NCBI GenBank assembly: GCA_030648265.1
Contig: JAUSHX010000028.1
Span: forward strand, 249 to 64,248
DNA: 64,000 bases
Source: a bacterium
GTDB lineage: Bacteria > Patescibacteriota > Minisyncoccia > Phycocordibacterales > UBA2100
Direction: 5' to 3'
Shown: positions 1 through 9,627 of the stretch, one piece after another
Layout: the number at the start of each line of letters is the position of its first letter
Numbering within the stretch: position 1 is the first letter of the stretch
Translations under genes and position numbers: made by a program
Notes under the pieces: model-generated
Told to the model about the DNA's origin: nothing
Database searches by the model: none
What the model saw: only the letters and a program-made list of their open reading frames with translations

Positions 1-68
1 GGGGGAATTCAGAACAGACGGCACTTCGTGCCGACCATATTTTTGCTTCCGAACCCGATTTCGTTTTT

Positions 69-159
69 TGGCGGAGGGGGTGGGATTTGAACCCACGGGG
101 CCTTTTAAAGGGCCCACGGCTTAGCAAGCCGCTCGTTTGAACCGCTCACGCACCCCTCC
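69..159 (-). tRNA. tRNA-Ser (anticodon GCT), class II long variable arm, CCA encoded
   Basis: Reverse complement reads GGAGGGGTG...GCGGC-TTGCTAA-GCCGT...GGGTTCAAATCCCACCCCCTCCGCCA. It has a 7-bp acceptor stem, GCT in a 7-nt loop, a canonical T-loop and a long extra arm. Confidence 0.85.
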
Positions 160-209
160 AACTGGTGCATCGTATCTTATGCTCGGTATCTTTCCAAATG
201 TTTTGATTG

Positions 210-875
210 CTATGCTCGCGCGAGGGCAAGCGCGGAGACTTCCGCCCCCGCTTTCTGAAGCGGCCTCGCGGCTTCCGCAAGCGTGGCGCCCGTGGTGGTA
301 ACGTCGTCTATAAGAAAAACGTGCGTGCCCTGCACCGCCTGAACATCCGGAACGGAAAACGCCCCCTTCACATTTTTCAGCCGTTCGGCGCGCGCGAGCC
401 GCGTTTGTTGTTTTGTTTCGCGCGAACGAATTAGTGCGTGCGGTGCGAATGTTGCAAACGTCCCGTCCAAGAATTCCTCCGGTAATCTTTTGAGCACGAT
501 TTCTATCTGATTAAATCCGCGCTCGCGTTCGCGGGTTTTGAAAAGGGGAACGGGCACGAGCAAAACCGGGCGCGGTGAAAAACTTTTGACTTGCGAAATT
601 TCCTCGCGAAGGTAATCCGCGAGTGTCTCGGAAAGCAGTTCCGCCGAACGGGAAGAGCCGTCGTACTTGAGCGCGCGGATGCAATCTTCAACCGCCGCGT
701 TTCTGTAATCCAAAATTGTTGTGAAGCGCATACCGCACGCCTCGTGTGTGTTTGGAGAAACCGCGAGGTCGTCAATCGCCCAATGCTCCGCGCGCATCGT
801 GCGTTCTTTGCGGGGAAGAATGATATCCAACGCAGAAATAAACAGTTCACGAATCTTTACGATGTTCACACGCAT
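210..875 (-). CDS. comFC: ComF-family phosphoribosyltransferase
   Basis: C-terminal PRTase motif VFLIDDVTTTGATL. Start set at MRVNIV (875) so that it does not overlap the divergent gene starting at 905. Confidence 0.7.
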   Translation of the reverse strand: MRVNIVKIRELFISALDIILPRKERTMRAEHWAIDDLAVSPNTHEACGMRFTTILDYRNAAVEDCIRALKYDGSSRSAELLSETLADYLREEISQVKSFSPRPVLLVPVPLFKTRERERGFNQIEIVLKRLPEEFLDGTFATFAPHALIRSRETKQQTRLARAERLKNVKGAFSVPDVQAVQGTHVFLIDDVTTTGATLAEAARPLQKAGAEVSALALARA

Positions 876-904
876 ACTATAGCGCAAGATGATATAATCC
901 AGGC

Positions 905-1232
905 CATGACCCTTGCCGACAAACACTGCGTTCCCTGCGAAGGAGGCGCGAAGCCGCTGACTGTCCAACAGGCAAAAGAATTATTGCGTCAGGTCGGCGG
1001 TTGGGCGCCCGGCGAGGACGGGAAATGGATTGTGAAGCAATTCAAGTTTGGTGATTTCGTAGAGGCAATGAATTTTGCAAACAAAATAACTCCCGTTGCC
1101 GAAAGGGAAGGCCATCACCCGGATGTGCATATCTCGTATGGCAAGGTAGTCGTGGAACTTTCCACGCACGCCATCAAAGGGCTTTCAGAAAACGATTTTA
1201 TTCTCGCATCCAAAATAGACGCATTGAATTAG
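905..1232 (+). CDS. phhB: pterin-4-alpha-carbinolamine dehydratase (PCD/DCoH)
   Basis: EREGHHPDVHISYGKV motif and about 109 aa. The longer ORF-track version (from 591) is antisense to comF. Confidence 0.75.
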
Positions 1233-1363
1233 CGAGGTTTCGAGGTCTATTTTTGGGTTATCCACTTTCACTGGAAGTTCACCGCGCGTTAGTGTATAAT
1301 TGTGTTTCTAACCCCACTGCCCCTGTAGCAATGCAAGGGCAGTTTTGGTTGTATACTTGTCCG

Positions 1364-1894
1364 ATGGCGGAGAAAGTGACTATCTTTATTGATGGCGGGA
1401 ATCTATATCGGAGATTAAAGGAGTGCGGGGTCTTTCCCGGAAAGAGGTTTGACTACACGAAACTCATTGACGTTCTGCTTCGCGGCCGTTCCTTGTCGTC
1501 AAAGCGATACTACATTGGAACAGTTCGCAATTATGACCAGACCAAAAGGAGTCAAGATATGGTTGAGGCTCAACAGAAATTTCTTAGCACGCTTGAGCTT
1601 CAAGGATTTCTTATCGAACGGGGAAGAATTGTATATGACCACAAAATCAGAGAAAAGGGCGTAGACGTTAAAATTGCCATCGACTTGGTTATAGGGGCGG
1701 TTGAAAATGAATATGATACAGCTGTAATAGTCAGTTCTGACACAGATTTAATTCCAGCAATAAAATACGTCATAAGCAGGGGAAAGAAAGTTGAGTATGC
1801 AGGTTTTGCGGAGCGGCCATCGCTTGGTTTAGCGCGCGAAAGTTCTTTAAGCGTTCTTTTGTTGCCGGATGATATACGCAAGATGGCAAGCTAA
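1364..1894 (+). CDS. NYN/LabA-like (DUF88) domain protein
   Basis: IFIDGGNLY ... VSSDTDLIPAIKY pattern. ATG at 1364 (MAEKV). Confidence 0.65.
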   Translation: MAEKVTIFIDGGNLYRRLKECGVFPGKRFDYTKLIDVLLRGRSLSSKRYYIGTVRNYDQTKRSQDMVEAQQKFLSTLELQGFLIERGRIVYDHKIREKGVDVKIAIDLVIGAVENEYDTAVIVSSDTDLIPAIKYVISRGKKVEYAGFAERPSLGLARESSLSVLLLPDDIRKMAS

Positions 1895-1925
1895 TCGGTG
1901 AAATATCTCGCAATGCGAAAACAAG

Positions 1926-1952
1926 AATGAAAGCAGTCTGACTGCCTTCATT
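1926..1952. repeat. AGCAGTCTGACTGC palindrome copy (terminator-like hairpin after the NYN gene)
   Basis: AATGAAAGCAGTC-T-GACTGCCTTCATT. The same core occurs at 13088-13126 and 47110-47131. Confidence 0.7.
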
Positions 1953-2048
1953 TCCGGTGTGAGATTGAGGATTGAGTTATCCCACAAGTTGTCTGACAGG
2001 AAGAGGAAGGGGGCTATTCTTGGCGCATATTCGTAATCAATTTATCCT

Positions 2049-2630
2049 GTGGCTGAAGAACTTAAATCGAATCACAAACCAGTGGATGAGGATAAATATC
2101 AAGGGTTGAGAAACAGACATCTCTCATCCAAGGCTGAGGATCTTGGGCTAAAAATGTCTGCAGGTGAACTTCAAGAAAGTGCAAATAAGGGAGATAAGAG
2201 GATTTTGGAGCCGATGCACGAAGACGCGCTTCTTTATGATGCCCGGAGAAAAGCAATAAAAGGTGCACCTGAACCCATACCCATATCAAATGAAAACTTG
2301 CAGAGGATATTGAGCCTGCGACTCGACACAGCAGGAGACCTTGTTCTAGATACAATTGACAGCACGATGACGATAGTGCCGTTGGTACCAATAAGAAAAC
2401 CGGAAGACGTTTTGAAGGAGGATATTTCTGTGAGAAATGTGATTAAGCTTCGTTCTAAAGTTGATAATGAGCGCCTACGTCTACGTCCAGGCGAGCAAAT
2501 CGAAATGGACACACCCATGAAGGATGAGTTCCTTAAACAATTTCCCGTGGGCGAGCTGTACAGAGCTTTTCGAGCCGCCGATGAAGAGTTGAAACAGTCC
2601 GGAATCAAGAAAATCGTCAGCGAACTTTGA
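2049..2630 (+). CDS. hypothetical protein (GTG start)
   Basis: 193-aa ORF with no motif that I recognise. Confidence 0.4.
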   Translation: MAEELKSNHKPVDEDKYQGLRNRHLSSKAEDLGLKMSAGELQESANKGDKRILEPMHEDALLYDARRKAIKGAPEPIPISNENLQRILSLRLDTAGDLVLDTIDSTMTIVPLVPIRKPEDVLKEDISVRNVIKLRSKVDNERLRLRPGEQIEMDTPMKDEFLKQFPVGELYRAFRAADEELKQSGIKKIVSEL

Positions 2631-2719
2631 TGAGTTAATACTGTCAACATTTTCCCCGCGCCATCGTATGTGGCCATTCTGCGTGTTTTTCCATGCTACA
2701 ATTTAAGCATGCTGTATTT

Positions 2720-2747
2720 CTCTACGTTCTACGTTCTACGTTCTACG
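2720..2747. repeat. tandem heptamer TTCTACG x4 just upstream of pilM
   Basis: tctacgttctacgttctacgttctacg ends 12 nt before the pilM ATG. Confidence 0.8.
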
Positions 2748-2759
2748 CACTAGTCCCCT

Positions 2760-3911
2760 ATGTCTTTCTCCCTCGGCGGTATTTCAAAATTCTTCAAGTC
2801 CTCATTCGGAGGAAGTTCCGAGGGGAGCATTATCGGCATTGACATCGGTGCGTCGTCCGCGAAAATTGTCCAGTTGCGCGCGTCCCGCGGGACGGCGATT
2901 CTTGAAACGTACGGAGAAATCGCTCTCGGGCCCTACGGAGGCCAGGCAATCGGCAAAGCGGTGAAACTGACTCCGGAAAAAATTGCCGAGGCGCTCAGCG
3001 ATCTCATGCGCGAGGCAAATGTGACCGCCCGTACTGGCGGGCTCTCCATACCCTTTTCTGCGAGTCTCGTGTCGGTGCTTGAAATGCCGAAAGTGGACAA
3101 AGATTCTCTAAAGAGAATGGTTCCGATAGAGGCGCGCAAATATATTCCGCTTCCCGTATCGGAAGTCACTCTTGATTGGTTCGTCATACCGCATGAGGAG
3201 CAGGGGGAGAGCGCGTTTGACCAGGTGGAGGCGCCCAAACCCGTTCACGCGAGAATGCAGGAAATCCTCCTCGTCGCCATACATAATGAAATCCTCCGGG
3301 ACTATCAGAAGATATCAGAGGCAACCGGGCTCAACGTGAGTTTCTACGAGATTGAGATTTTCAGCGCGACTCGTTCCTCAATGGGGCATGGCGCGGCGCC
3401 TGTCTTGGTTGTTGATTTGGGCGCGGCGACGACGAAGATGTATATTGTGGAGCGCGGGATTGTGCGCCTTACCCACCTGCTCACATCCGGCGGACAAAAC
3501 ATGACGGATACGCTGGCGCGCTCGCTCTCATGGGAATTTGAAAAAGCGGAGCGCGTGAAGAGGGAAATCGGACTTGTCAGTTCAACCGCGTACAGCACGG
3601 ATGAGAACGACCGGATAAAGACGGCATTGTTATCAACACTCTCCCGTGTGTTTTCTGAGATAGACCGAGTATTATTAAGCTACGGGCAGCGATATAACAA
3701 AAACGTGTCGAATGTCCTCTTGACTGGAGGAGGGGCATCGCTACCCGGCCTTGCGGAACATGCCAAGGGGTCGTTGCACGCGGAAGTTCTGATTGCGGAT
3801 CCTTTTTCGCGCTCGGAGGCGCCCGCATTTCTCCGAGATGTTCTGCGGCAGATTGGTCCGGGGTTTTCCGTTGCGGTGGGTCTTGCGTTGCGGAATTTGA
3901 AGCAAGGATAA
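2760..3911 (+). CDS. pilM: type IV pilus assembly protein PilM (actin-like ATPase fold)
   Basis: IGIDIGASSAKIVQL N-terminus, 383 aa, first gene of the pilus operon. Confidence 0.8.
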   Translation: MSFSLGGISKFFKSSFGGSSEGSIIGIDIGASSAKIVQLRASRGTAILETYGEIALGPYGGQAIGKAVKLTPEKIAEALSDLMREANVTARTGGLSIPFSASLVSVLEMPKVDKDSLKRMVPIEARKYIPLPVSEVTLDWFVIPHEEQGESAFDQVEAPKPVHARMQEILLVAIHNEILRDYQKISEATGLNVSFYEIEIFSATRSSMGHGAAPVLVVDLGAATTKMYIVERGIVRLTHLLTSGGQNMTDTLARSLSWEFEKAERVKREIGLVSSTAYSTDENDRIKTALLSTLSRVFSEIDRVLLSYGQRYNKNVSNVLLTGGGASLPGLAEHAKGSLHAEVLIADPFSRSEAPAFLRDVLRQIGPGFSVAVGLALRNLKQG

Positions 3912-4022
3912 ATATGTTCCAATCTACGAATCATCCGAATACTACAAATATCTACAAATTCAGGCATTTTTTATTCGTAGACATTCGTTGATTGGCATTC
4001 ATTTGCAGATTGGTACACACAT

Positions 4023-4733
4023 ATGGAAACGGGAATACAAAATACTTTTATACCGCACGATGTCTCGCAACCTGCGCAACGAGAGCGCGCGCGGGAGGGC
4101 GGTATCATGGATCTCGTGATGCTCGTGTCTATTGTTCTCCTGGTTGCGTCTTTGGCTCTTGCGGCAGGGGTTTTTCTGTACCAGCAATATCTGGATACGA
4201 GCAGTAAAAGCAAAATTAATCAACTCAATATTGCCAAGGCGCAGTTTGACCCGGTGCTCATTCAGGAATTTTCACGCTTAGATGACAGGATGCGGGACGC
4301 GGATTTGATTTTGGGCAACCACATCGCCCCGTCCGTATTCTTCCATATGCTGGAGGCAAATACCCTGACCACGGTATCATTTCGTTCCCTTGATTTTCAG
4401 GCGGGAAGCGATGAGGGTATGTCTATAAAAATGGGAGGAATCGCTAAGAGCGTGAATTCCATAGCGCTGCAGGCCGACTTTTTCAGCAAAGTAGGCATTA
4501 TAACGAGCCCGATTTTTTCCAACATTGACCGTCAACTGGACGGGGTGCATTTCAGTTTTTCTGCGCTCGTAAATCCATCCGCAATACGCTACGCGCAATT
4601 GGCGGCAGCGGGAAATGGAGGAAATGCCGTGCCAACGCTTTCTGTGCCCACAGCGCCTTCGGCGGCCCCAACCCCAACCCCGGCTCCCGAATCAGGATTA
4701 TTTCCTTCGCAGCCGGCGAACCAGCAACAATAA
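4023..4733 (+). CDS. PilN-like bitopic membrane protein with Pro/Ala/Thr-rich C-terminus
   Basis: Single N-terminal TM segment (LVMLVSIVLLVASLALAAGVFLY) and position between pilM and pilO. Alternative start at 4107. Confidence 0.45.
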   Translation: METGIQNTFIPHDVSQPAQRERAREGGIMDLVMLVSIVLLVASLALAAGVFLYQQYLDTSSKSKINQLNIAKAQFDPVLIQEFSRLDDRMRDADLILGNHIAPSVFFHMLEANTLTTVSFRSLDFQAGSDEGMSIKMGGIAKSVNSIALQADFFSKVGIITSPIFSNIDRQLDGVHFSFSALVNPSAIRYAQLAAAGNGGNAVPTLSVPTAPSAAPTPTPAPESGLFPSQPANQQQ

Positions 4734-4753
4734 TAAATGAATAGTACAATCCA

Positions 4754-4949
4754 TCCCAGCCCCACTTTTGCAAAACACATTTAGAAAATTATGACAAAAT
4801 TACGCAAGCAGGCATATATATCGGCAACGCGCTCCGCCCAGCAAGGGGAGTCCTATTCGGACACGCACGTTGCATGTAACGTATCGGCAAAAGTGGAGTG
4901 GGACGTAAGAGTTTCTAAGCTCGCTTCGCTCACTAACAAACTCTAACGT
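4754..4949 (+). repeat. hairpin element copy A (central IR plus right-arm hairpin abutting the pilO ATG)
   Basis: IR TCCCAGCCCCACTTTTGC (4754-4771) pairs with GCAAAAGTGGAGTGGGA (4887-4903). Right arm: CGTAAGAGTTTCTAAGCTCGCTTCGCTCACTAACAAACTCTAACGT-ATG. Confidence 0.8.
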
Positions 4950-5549
4950 ATGATTAAAATAATTATTTCCATAGTCAGTCTTGCGATTGCCGGCGGAGTG
5001 TTTTTCATATACACAGAATCTGCCTACAGCAACACGCAACTTCTCCAAACGAATATTGACCGGCATAACCAGGCGTTAGATAAGGCGGCGGAACTTAAGA
5101 AACTGCAGGAGACATTACTCTCGCGGTTCAATGCTTTCAACAAGGACGAAGTTGATAGGTTGCATAAGCTTCTGCCGGACCACGTGGACAATGTGCGCCT
5201 GATACTTGACCTTGACCATCTGGCAAGCACGTTCGGGATGGCGCTTCAGAATGTTGTCATAAGCAGTCCCGCAAGCGAAAGCGCGGGCACGACCGTCATA
5301 GGGTCTATTGGGGCAGGAAAGGAGAAGTATGATTCGCTGACGCTGAGATTTTCCACGCACGGCACGTATGCAAACTTTGTCGCATTCATGGAGAGTCTGG
5401 AATCAAGCTTGCGCATTGTTGACCTCGTAGCTTTGTCTCTCTCTCCGGAAGCGCCGGGTAGCGCCGCTAAGGGAACGAATACGCCGGCGGCCGCGTCTGA
5501 ATCGTCCTACAAATATGACATCACGGTCAGGACGTACTGGCTCAGATGA
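4950..5549 (+). CDS. pilO: type IV pilus assembly protein PilO-like
   Basis: N-terminal TM segment, a coiled-coil, a C-terminal domain, and operon position. Confidence 0.55.
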   Translation: MIKIIISIVSLAIAGGVFFIYTESAYSNTQLLQTNIDRHNQALDKAAELKKLQETLLSRFNAFNKDEVDRLHKLLPDHVDNVRLILDLDHLASTFGMALQNVVISSPASESAGTTVIGSIGAGKEKYDSLTLRFSTHGTYANFVAFMESLESSLRIVDLVALSLSPEAPGSAAKGTNTPAAASESSYKYDITVRTYWLR

Positions 5550-5562
5550 TTTGTATAATTGT

Positions 5563-5940
5563 ATGATGGACATCTTCTCAAAAAATAAGCTTGTGGCGGC
5601 CGCCGCCGCTCTCATCATTGCCGGCGCTGTATGGTATGGGTTTTCCGGCGGCTCGCCGCCGGCGCTGCTCGGAACCGAAAACGCAAACGGCGTGGTGAAT
5701 TCTGAAGACCAGGACCTTGTCGCGACGCTTCTCAAACTTCGGTCCGTAACGCTGACGGGGACAATATTTCAATCGCAGGTATTTCTCGGATTAAAAGATT
5801 TCAGCACAGAGATTACGCAAGAGCCGGTCGGAAGGGTGGATCCATTTGCTCCGATTCCGGTCGGTGTTTCTCAATCTGCCGCTGTTTCTGGGGCAAATAA
5901 TACAGGCGGCGCCGGCCTTTTTAACAAGCCGCAACCGTAA
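5563..5940 (+). CDS. small membrane-anchored pilus-operon protein (function unknown)
   Basis: MMDIFSKNKLVAAAAALIIAGAVWY TM anchor. Start chosen at 5563 within the 5515 ORF. Confidence 0.4.
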   Translation: MMDIFSKNKLVAAAAALIIAGAVWYGFSGGSPPALLGTENANGVVNSEDQDLVATLLKLRSVTLTGTIFQSQVFLGLKDFSTEITQEPVGRVDPFAPIPVGVSQSAAVSGANNTGGAGLFNKPQP

Positions 5941-6095
5941 ATCTTTGCGGTTTTCGTCGTATGCCCAGACACTAAGTTTGTCGTCGCCTTCTTTATGAAT
6001 CAAATCACTGTGGATAATATTCTAACGACAAGTACAAATCTTGACATGTCTAGAATTGTTTCGGCACGAAATTACGGCAAACTTAGTGTACGGGT

Positions 6096-7811
6096 ATGAT
6101 AGATGTAACACAAGCGGGTAACGCCCCCCCTCTCGCCCCCATCCAAACGGCCGCGCCGAGTCGCGCGCTCGGAGACAAAAAAGTTGCCTACGATGTTTTG
6201 CGGCACATTCCCGAAGAATCGGCCGAACACTACAAGCTTGTGCCTCTCGCGGTGGAGGACGGAGTTTTGGAGGTCGGGATGCTGGACCCCGATAATCTGG
6301 ATGGAATAGACGCGCTTAACTTCATCGCCCGCAACACGGGTATGCCATTCAAGGTTTTCCAGGTGTCCGAAGAAGATTTCGGACGCGTCATGAAGATGTA
6401 TCGCGGACTGGGAGGCGAAGTGGACCGGGCAATTTCCGACCTTGAGAGCGAGCAGAGAACGCACACCTCTCAAAATCAGGCAGAGATGTCCAGTTTGGAT
6501 ATTGAGAACCCATCAATACGTGCCGGGGGGAGCAATTTGGAGTCCCTCAACATTCAGGAGGATGCGCCGACAATAAAGATAGTATCCACGATTCTGCGGT
6601 ACGCGATAGACGGGCATGCGAGCGACGTGCACATAGAACCTTTGCCCGCGGGGGTGCGCGTGCGGTACCGCGTGGATGGCGAACTGCACACGAGCGTAAT
6701 CTTGCCCGCCGCCGCCCAGCGCGCGCTCGTGGCGCGCGTTAAGGTTCTCGCATCTATCCGTTTGGACGAACAGAGAAAACCCCAAGACGGGCGCTTCTCC
6801 GCATCCATTGACGGACGGCAAATCGACTTCCGCGTATCAACTTTTCCCTCGTACTACGGCGAGAAAGTGGTGTTGCGAATCTTAGACCGCGACCAGGGAT
6901 TTATCGCTCTTGATAAAATCGGGTTCACGCCGCGCAATCTTGAGCTCATCCGTAGGGCGATTAAGAAACCGCACGGGCTCGTGCTAATTTCAGGCCCCAC
7001 CGGTTCGGGAAAATCAACCACGCTTTATTCCATGCTCGGAGAAATAGACAGAGAGCATAAGAACGTTCTCTCGCTTGAGGATCCGATAGAATATTTCGTT
7101 GATGGCGTAACACAGTCACAAGTGCGCCCGGAGATTGGTTACACATTCGCAAACGGCCTGCGCACGACTCTCCGTCAGGACCCAGACGTCATCATGGTAG
7201 GCGAGATACGCGATGCCGAAACAGCGAAGCTTGCGTTTCAGGCCGCACTCACCGGCCACCTTGTGCTCTCTACGATACACACGAATGATGCGGTGGGGAC
7301 AATTCCGCGCCTTATAGACATGGGAGTAGAGCCGTATCTCATTCCGCCGGTTCTCGTTCTCTCAATGGCGCAACGTCTTGTGCGCACGCTCTGTTCGGAC
7401 GGCGGGAAAGAATCCGAAATTACGGCGAGCGACAGGAAGAACATAGAAACGCAAATTACCACACTGCCGAAACAGTACCGGTTTAAGGTACCGAACATAG
7501 TGTATGAAGCGACGCGGACCCCGACGTGCCCTACCGGCATGCGCGGGAGAATGGCGGTGTTTGAGGCCCTGGAAATGTCCAGCGATATAGAACGCATCAT
7601 TCTGGATAATCCGGTTGAGTCGCGCCTCTGGGCATCGGCGCGCTCGCAGGGAATGCTCACCATGCGCGAGGATGCTATGATGAAGGCGTTCAACAAGCTC
7701 ATTCCTTTTTCTGAAGTCAACACGCTAAGCTCTCTCTTACTCGCGGGGGATGAAGAAGTGAAACCGGTTCTCCCGAAAGGAGAAACGGAAAAAAGCGCAG
7801 TTGCAGAGTAA
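6096..7811 (+). CDS. pilB: type IV pilus assembly ATPase PilB (GspE family)
   Basis: T2SSE N-terminal domain, Walker A GPTGSGKST, 571 aa. Confidence 0.9.
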   Translation: MIDVTQAGNAPPLAPIQTAAPSRALGDKKVAYDVLRHIPEESAEHYKLVPLAVEDGVLEVGMLDPDNLDGIDALNFIARNTGMPFKVFQVSEEDFGRVMKMYRGLGGEVDRAISDLESEQRTHTSQNQAEMSSLDIENPSIRAGGSNLESLNIQEDAPTIKIVSTILRYAIDGHASDVHIEPLPAGVRVRYRVDGELHTSVILPAAAQRALVARVKVLASIRLDEQRKPQDGRFSASIDGRQIDFRVSTFPSYYGEKVVLRILDRDQGFIALDKIGFTPRNLELIRRAIKKPHGLVLISGPTGSGKSTTLYSMLGEIDREHKNVLSLEDPIEYFVDGVTQSQVRPEIGYTFANGLRTTLRQDPDVIMVGEIRDAETAKLAFQAALTGHLVLSTIHTNDAVGTIPRLIDMGVEPYLIPPVLVLSMAQRLVRTLCSDGGKESEITASDRKNIETQITTLPKQYRFKVPNIVYEATRTPTCPTGMRGRMAVFEALEMSSDIERIILDNPVESRLWASARSQGMLTMREDAMMKAFNKLIPFSEVNTLSSLLLAGDEEVKPVLPKGETEKSAVAE

Positions 7812-7813
7812 AT

Positions 7814-8218
7814 ATGTCAGATAACAGCGAAAAACTAAGCATTCTACTGGTAGACGATGACAAGTTCCTCGTGGATATGTACAGCATGAAATTCACGGCT
7901 AAGGGCTACAATGTGAATGCATGCTTGTCGGCCGCGGATGCGCTTCAAGTGCTTCGCGACGGCTTTCTGCCGCAGGCAATAGTTTTTGATTTGGTTATGC
8001 CGGAGCACGACGGATTTTACTTTTTAAAAGCTCTCATTACCGAAAATCTAAAGCGCGGCGCATCGCTCATAGCGTTAACGAACGAGAGCAATGATGATAC
8101 AAAAGCAAAGATTACCGAACTTGGAGCGGACAGGGTCATTGTCAAGGCGACCATGATTCCGTCGGAAGTTGTGGGCACCGTGGAGGAGGAGATTGTCAAG
8201 AAGAAAAAGGAGCGCTAG
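7814..8218 (+). CDS. single-domain response regulator (REC, CheY/PilH-like)
   Basis: ILLVDDDKF ... FDLVMPEHDG receiver motifs. Confidence 0.75.
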   Translation: MSDNSEKLSILLVDDDKFLVDMYSMKFTAKGYNVNACLSAADALQVLRDGFLPQAIVFDLVMPEHDGFYFLKALITENLKRGASLIALTNESNDDTKAKITELGADRVIVKATMIPSEVVGTVEEEIVKKKKER

Positions 8219-8374
8219 CGACTATTTTCGCTTGACCCAGCACCTTTGGCTGGGTGTTGAAAAGTAAGCGTGTATGGGAATGCATAGGGTATACTTATAA
8301 ACGATATGTCGTATGTTGAACAAAAGGTGCTGGGCATAAGAATTTCTAACTCGCTCCGCTCATAACAAATTCTT
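8201..8374 (+). repeat. triple-hairpin intergenic element copy B
   Basis: The left arm overlaps the stop codon. Central IR ACCCAGCACCTTT (8235-8247) pairs with AAAGGTGCTGGG (8323-8334). The right arm, with AGAATTT/AAATTCT stem, ends at the pilT ATG. Confidence 0.8.
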
Positions 8375-9436
8375 ATGGACTATAGCGCCCAACTAAAAAA
8401 GTACATCAACGTGTTAGTGCACGAAGGCGCCTCGGACGCTCATTTCTCCGTCGGCGTGCACCCGACTATCCGCGTTGCGGGGAATCTCTCTCCCATGCTC
8501 AAAGAGCCGGTGTTGACAAAGGAAGACACTCTCGGTTTCTTGACTGCACTCACCACGCCACTGAATCAAAAGCGGTTTTTTTCAGAGCAGGAAATTGATT
8601 TTGCATACGAAACAGAGGACAAAGTCCGTTTTCGCGGGAATGCATTTTACCAGCGCGGCTCGGTGAGCATTGCACTCCGCCTAATCCCCCGAAAAATCAG
8701 CACTATCGCTGAATTGAACCTGCCGGAGATTCTTACGACTTTCGCCCGAAAGTCGCAAGGATTTTTTATCGTTGTCGGACCAGTTGGCCAAGGGAAAACG
8801 ACGACTCTGGCCTCTATGATAGAGCTCATCAACACCGAAAGAATGGAGCACATCGTCACCATTGAAGACCCGATAGAGTATGTTTTTGAGCCGAAGCTGT
8901 CGCTCGTGGAACAGCGCGAAGTACGCATAGACACGAAAGATTTTCCTTCCGCACTTGCCAGCGCGTTCCGCGAGGATATTGATGTGCTCATGGTTGGCGA
9001 GATGAGGGGGCCGGAGACCATGGCAGCCGCTGTCACAGCCGCCGAAACAGGGCACCTGGTTTTCTCTACGCTCCATACGAATGATGCCGCACAAACGATT
9101 GACCGCATTATTGATACATTTCCGGCTTCCCAGCAGGACCAGATACGGCTCCAGCTCGCGTCCTCCATGGCCGGTATTTTTTCGCAACGTCTAATCCCGC
9201 GCATTTCCGGGGGTCTTATTCCTGCGTTTGAACTTCTCATCAACAACAAAGCGGTATCAAACCTGATCCGCGAGAAGCGCACGCATGAATTAAATACGGT
9301 GATAGAGACCAACTCCGAAGAGGGAATGATTGATATGAACCGCTCGCTTGCGGAATTGGTGGCGCGCGGCGAAATCACGGTTGAGAGCGCATACCAGTAT
9401 TCTCTCAATCCGAATATGCTCCAAAAATTGTTATGA
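8375..9436 (+). CDS. pilT: twitching-motility retraction ATPase PilT
   Basis: 353 aa, Walker A GPVGQGKTTT, PilT-type C-terminus. Confidence 0.9.
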   Translation: MDYSAQLKKYINVLVHEGASDAHFSVGVHPTIRVAGNLSPMLKEPVLTKEDTLGFLTALTTPLNQKRFFSEQEIDFAYETEDKVRFRGNAFYQRGSVSIALRLIPRKISTIAELNLPEILTTFARKSQGFFIVVGPVGQGKTTTLASMIELINTERMEHIVTIEDPIEYVFEPKLSLVEQREVRIDTKDFPSALASAFREDIDVLMVGEMRGPETMAAAVTAAETGHLVFSTLHTNDAAQTIDRIIDTFPASQQDQIRLQLASSMAGIFSQRLIPRISGGLIPAFELLINNKAVSNLIREKRTHELNTVIETNSEEGMIDMNRSLAELVARGEITVESAYQYSLNPNMLQKLL

Positions 9437-9627
9437 AAAATAAGGAGCAGAGCGACTATATTTTTCTAACCCCCCACCACTTTAGTATCCCACAACCTTA
9501 TCTTAGATTTGATACTATGTTGAGACGGTCTCGACGAAATCACAAGATTAGAATATGAGAACGGATACTAAAGTGGTGGGGGGTGTAAGATTTTCTAAGC
9601 TCGCTCCGCTCGCTAACAAAATCTAAC
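9437..9627 (+). repeat. triple-hairpin intergenic element copy C
   Basis: Left-arm hairpin AAAAATA..GAGCAGAGCGA..TATTTTT. Central IR CCCCCCACCACTTTAGTATCC (9470-9490) pairs with GGATACTAAAGTGGTGGGGGG (9563-9583). Right arm: TGTAAGATTTTCTAAGCTCGCTCCGCTCGCTAACAAAATCTAAC-ATG. Confidence 0.85.

Noticed and set aside
591-904. N-terminal extension of the 213-aa ORF (591-1232)
   Set aside because: Only the last 109 aa match a pterin dehydratase. The extension is antisense to comF.
8647-9408. 253-aa and 168-aa ORFs antisense to pilT
   Set aside because: They overlap a strongly supported ATPase gene on the other strand and have a low-complexity Ser/Arg-rich composition. Long antisense ORFs opposite ligA (16899-17672), fic (22058-22693), ilvD (36882-37487), ilvC (37983-38609) and the minor pilins (14984-15655) were treated the same way.
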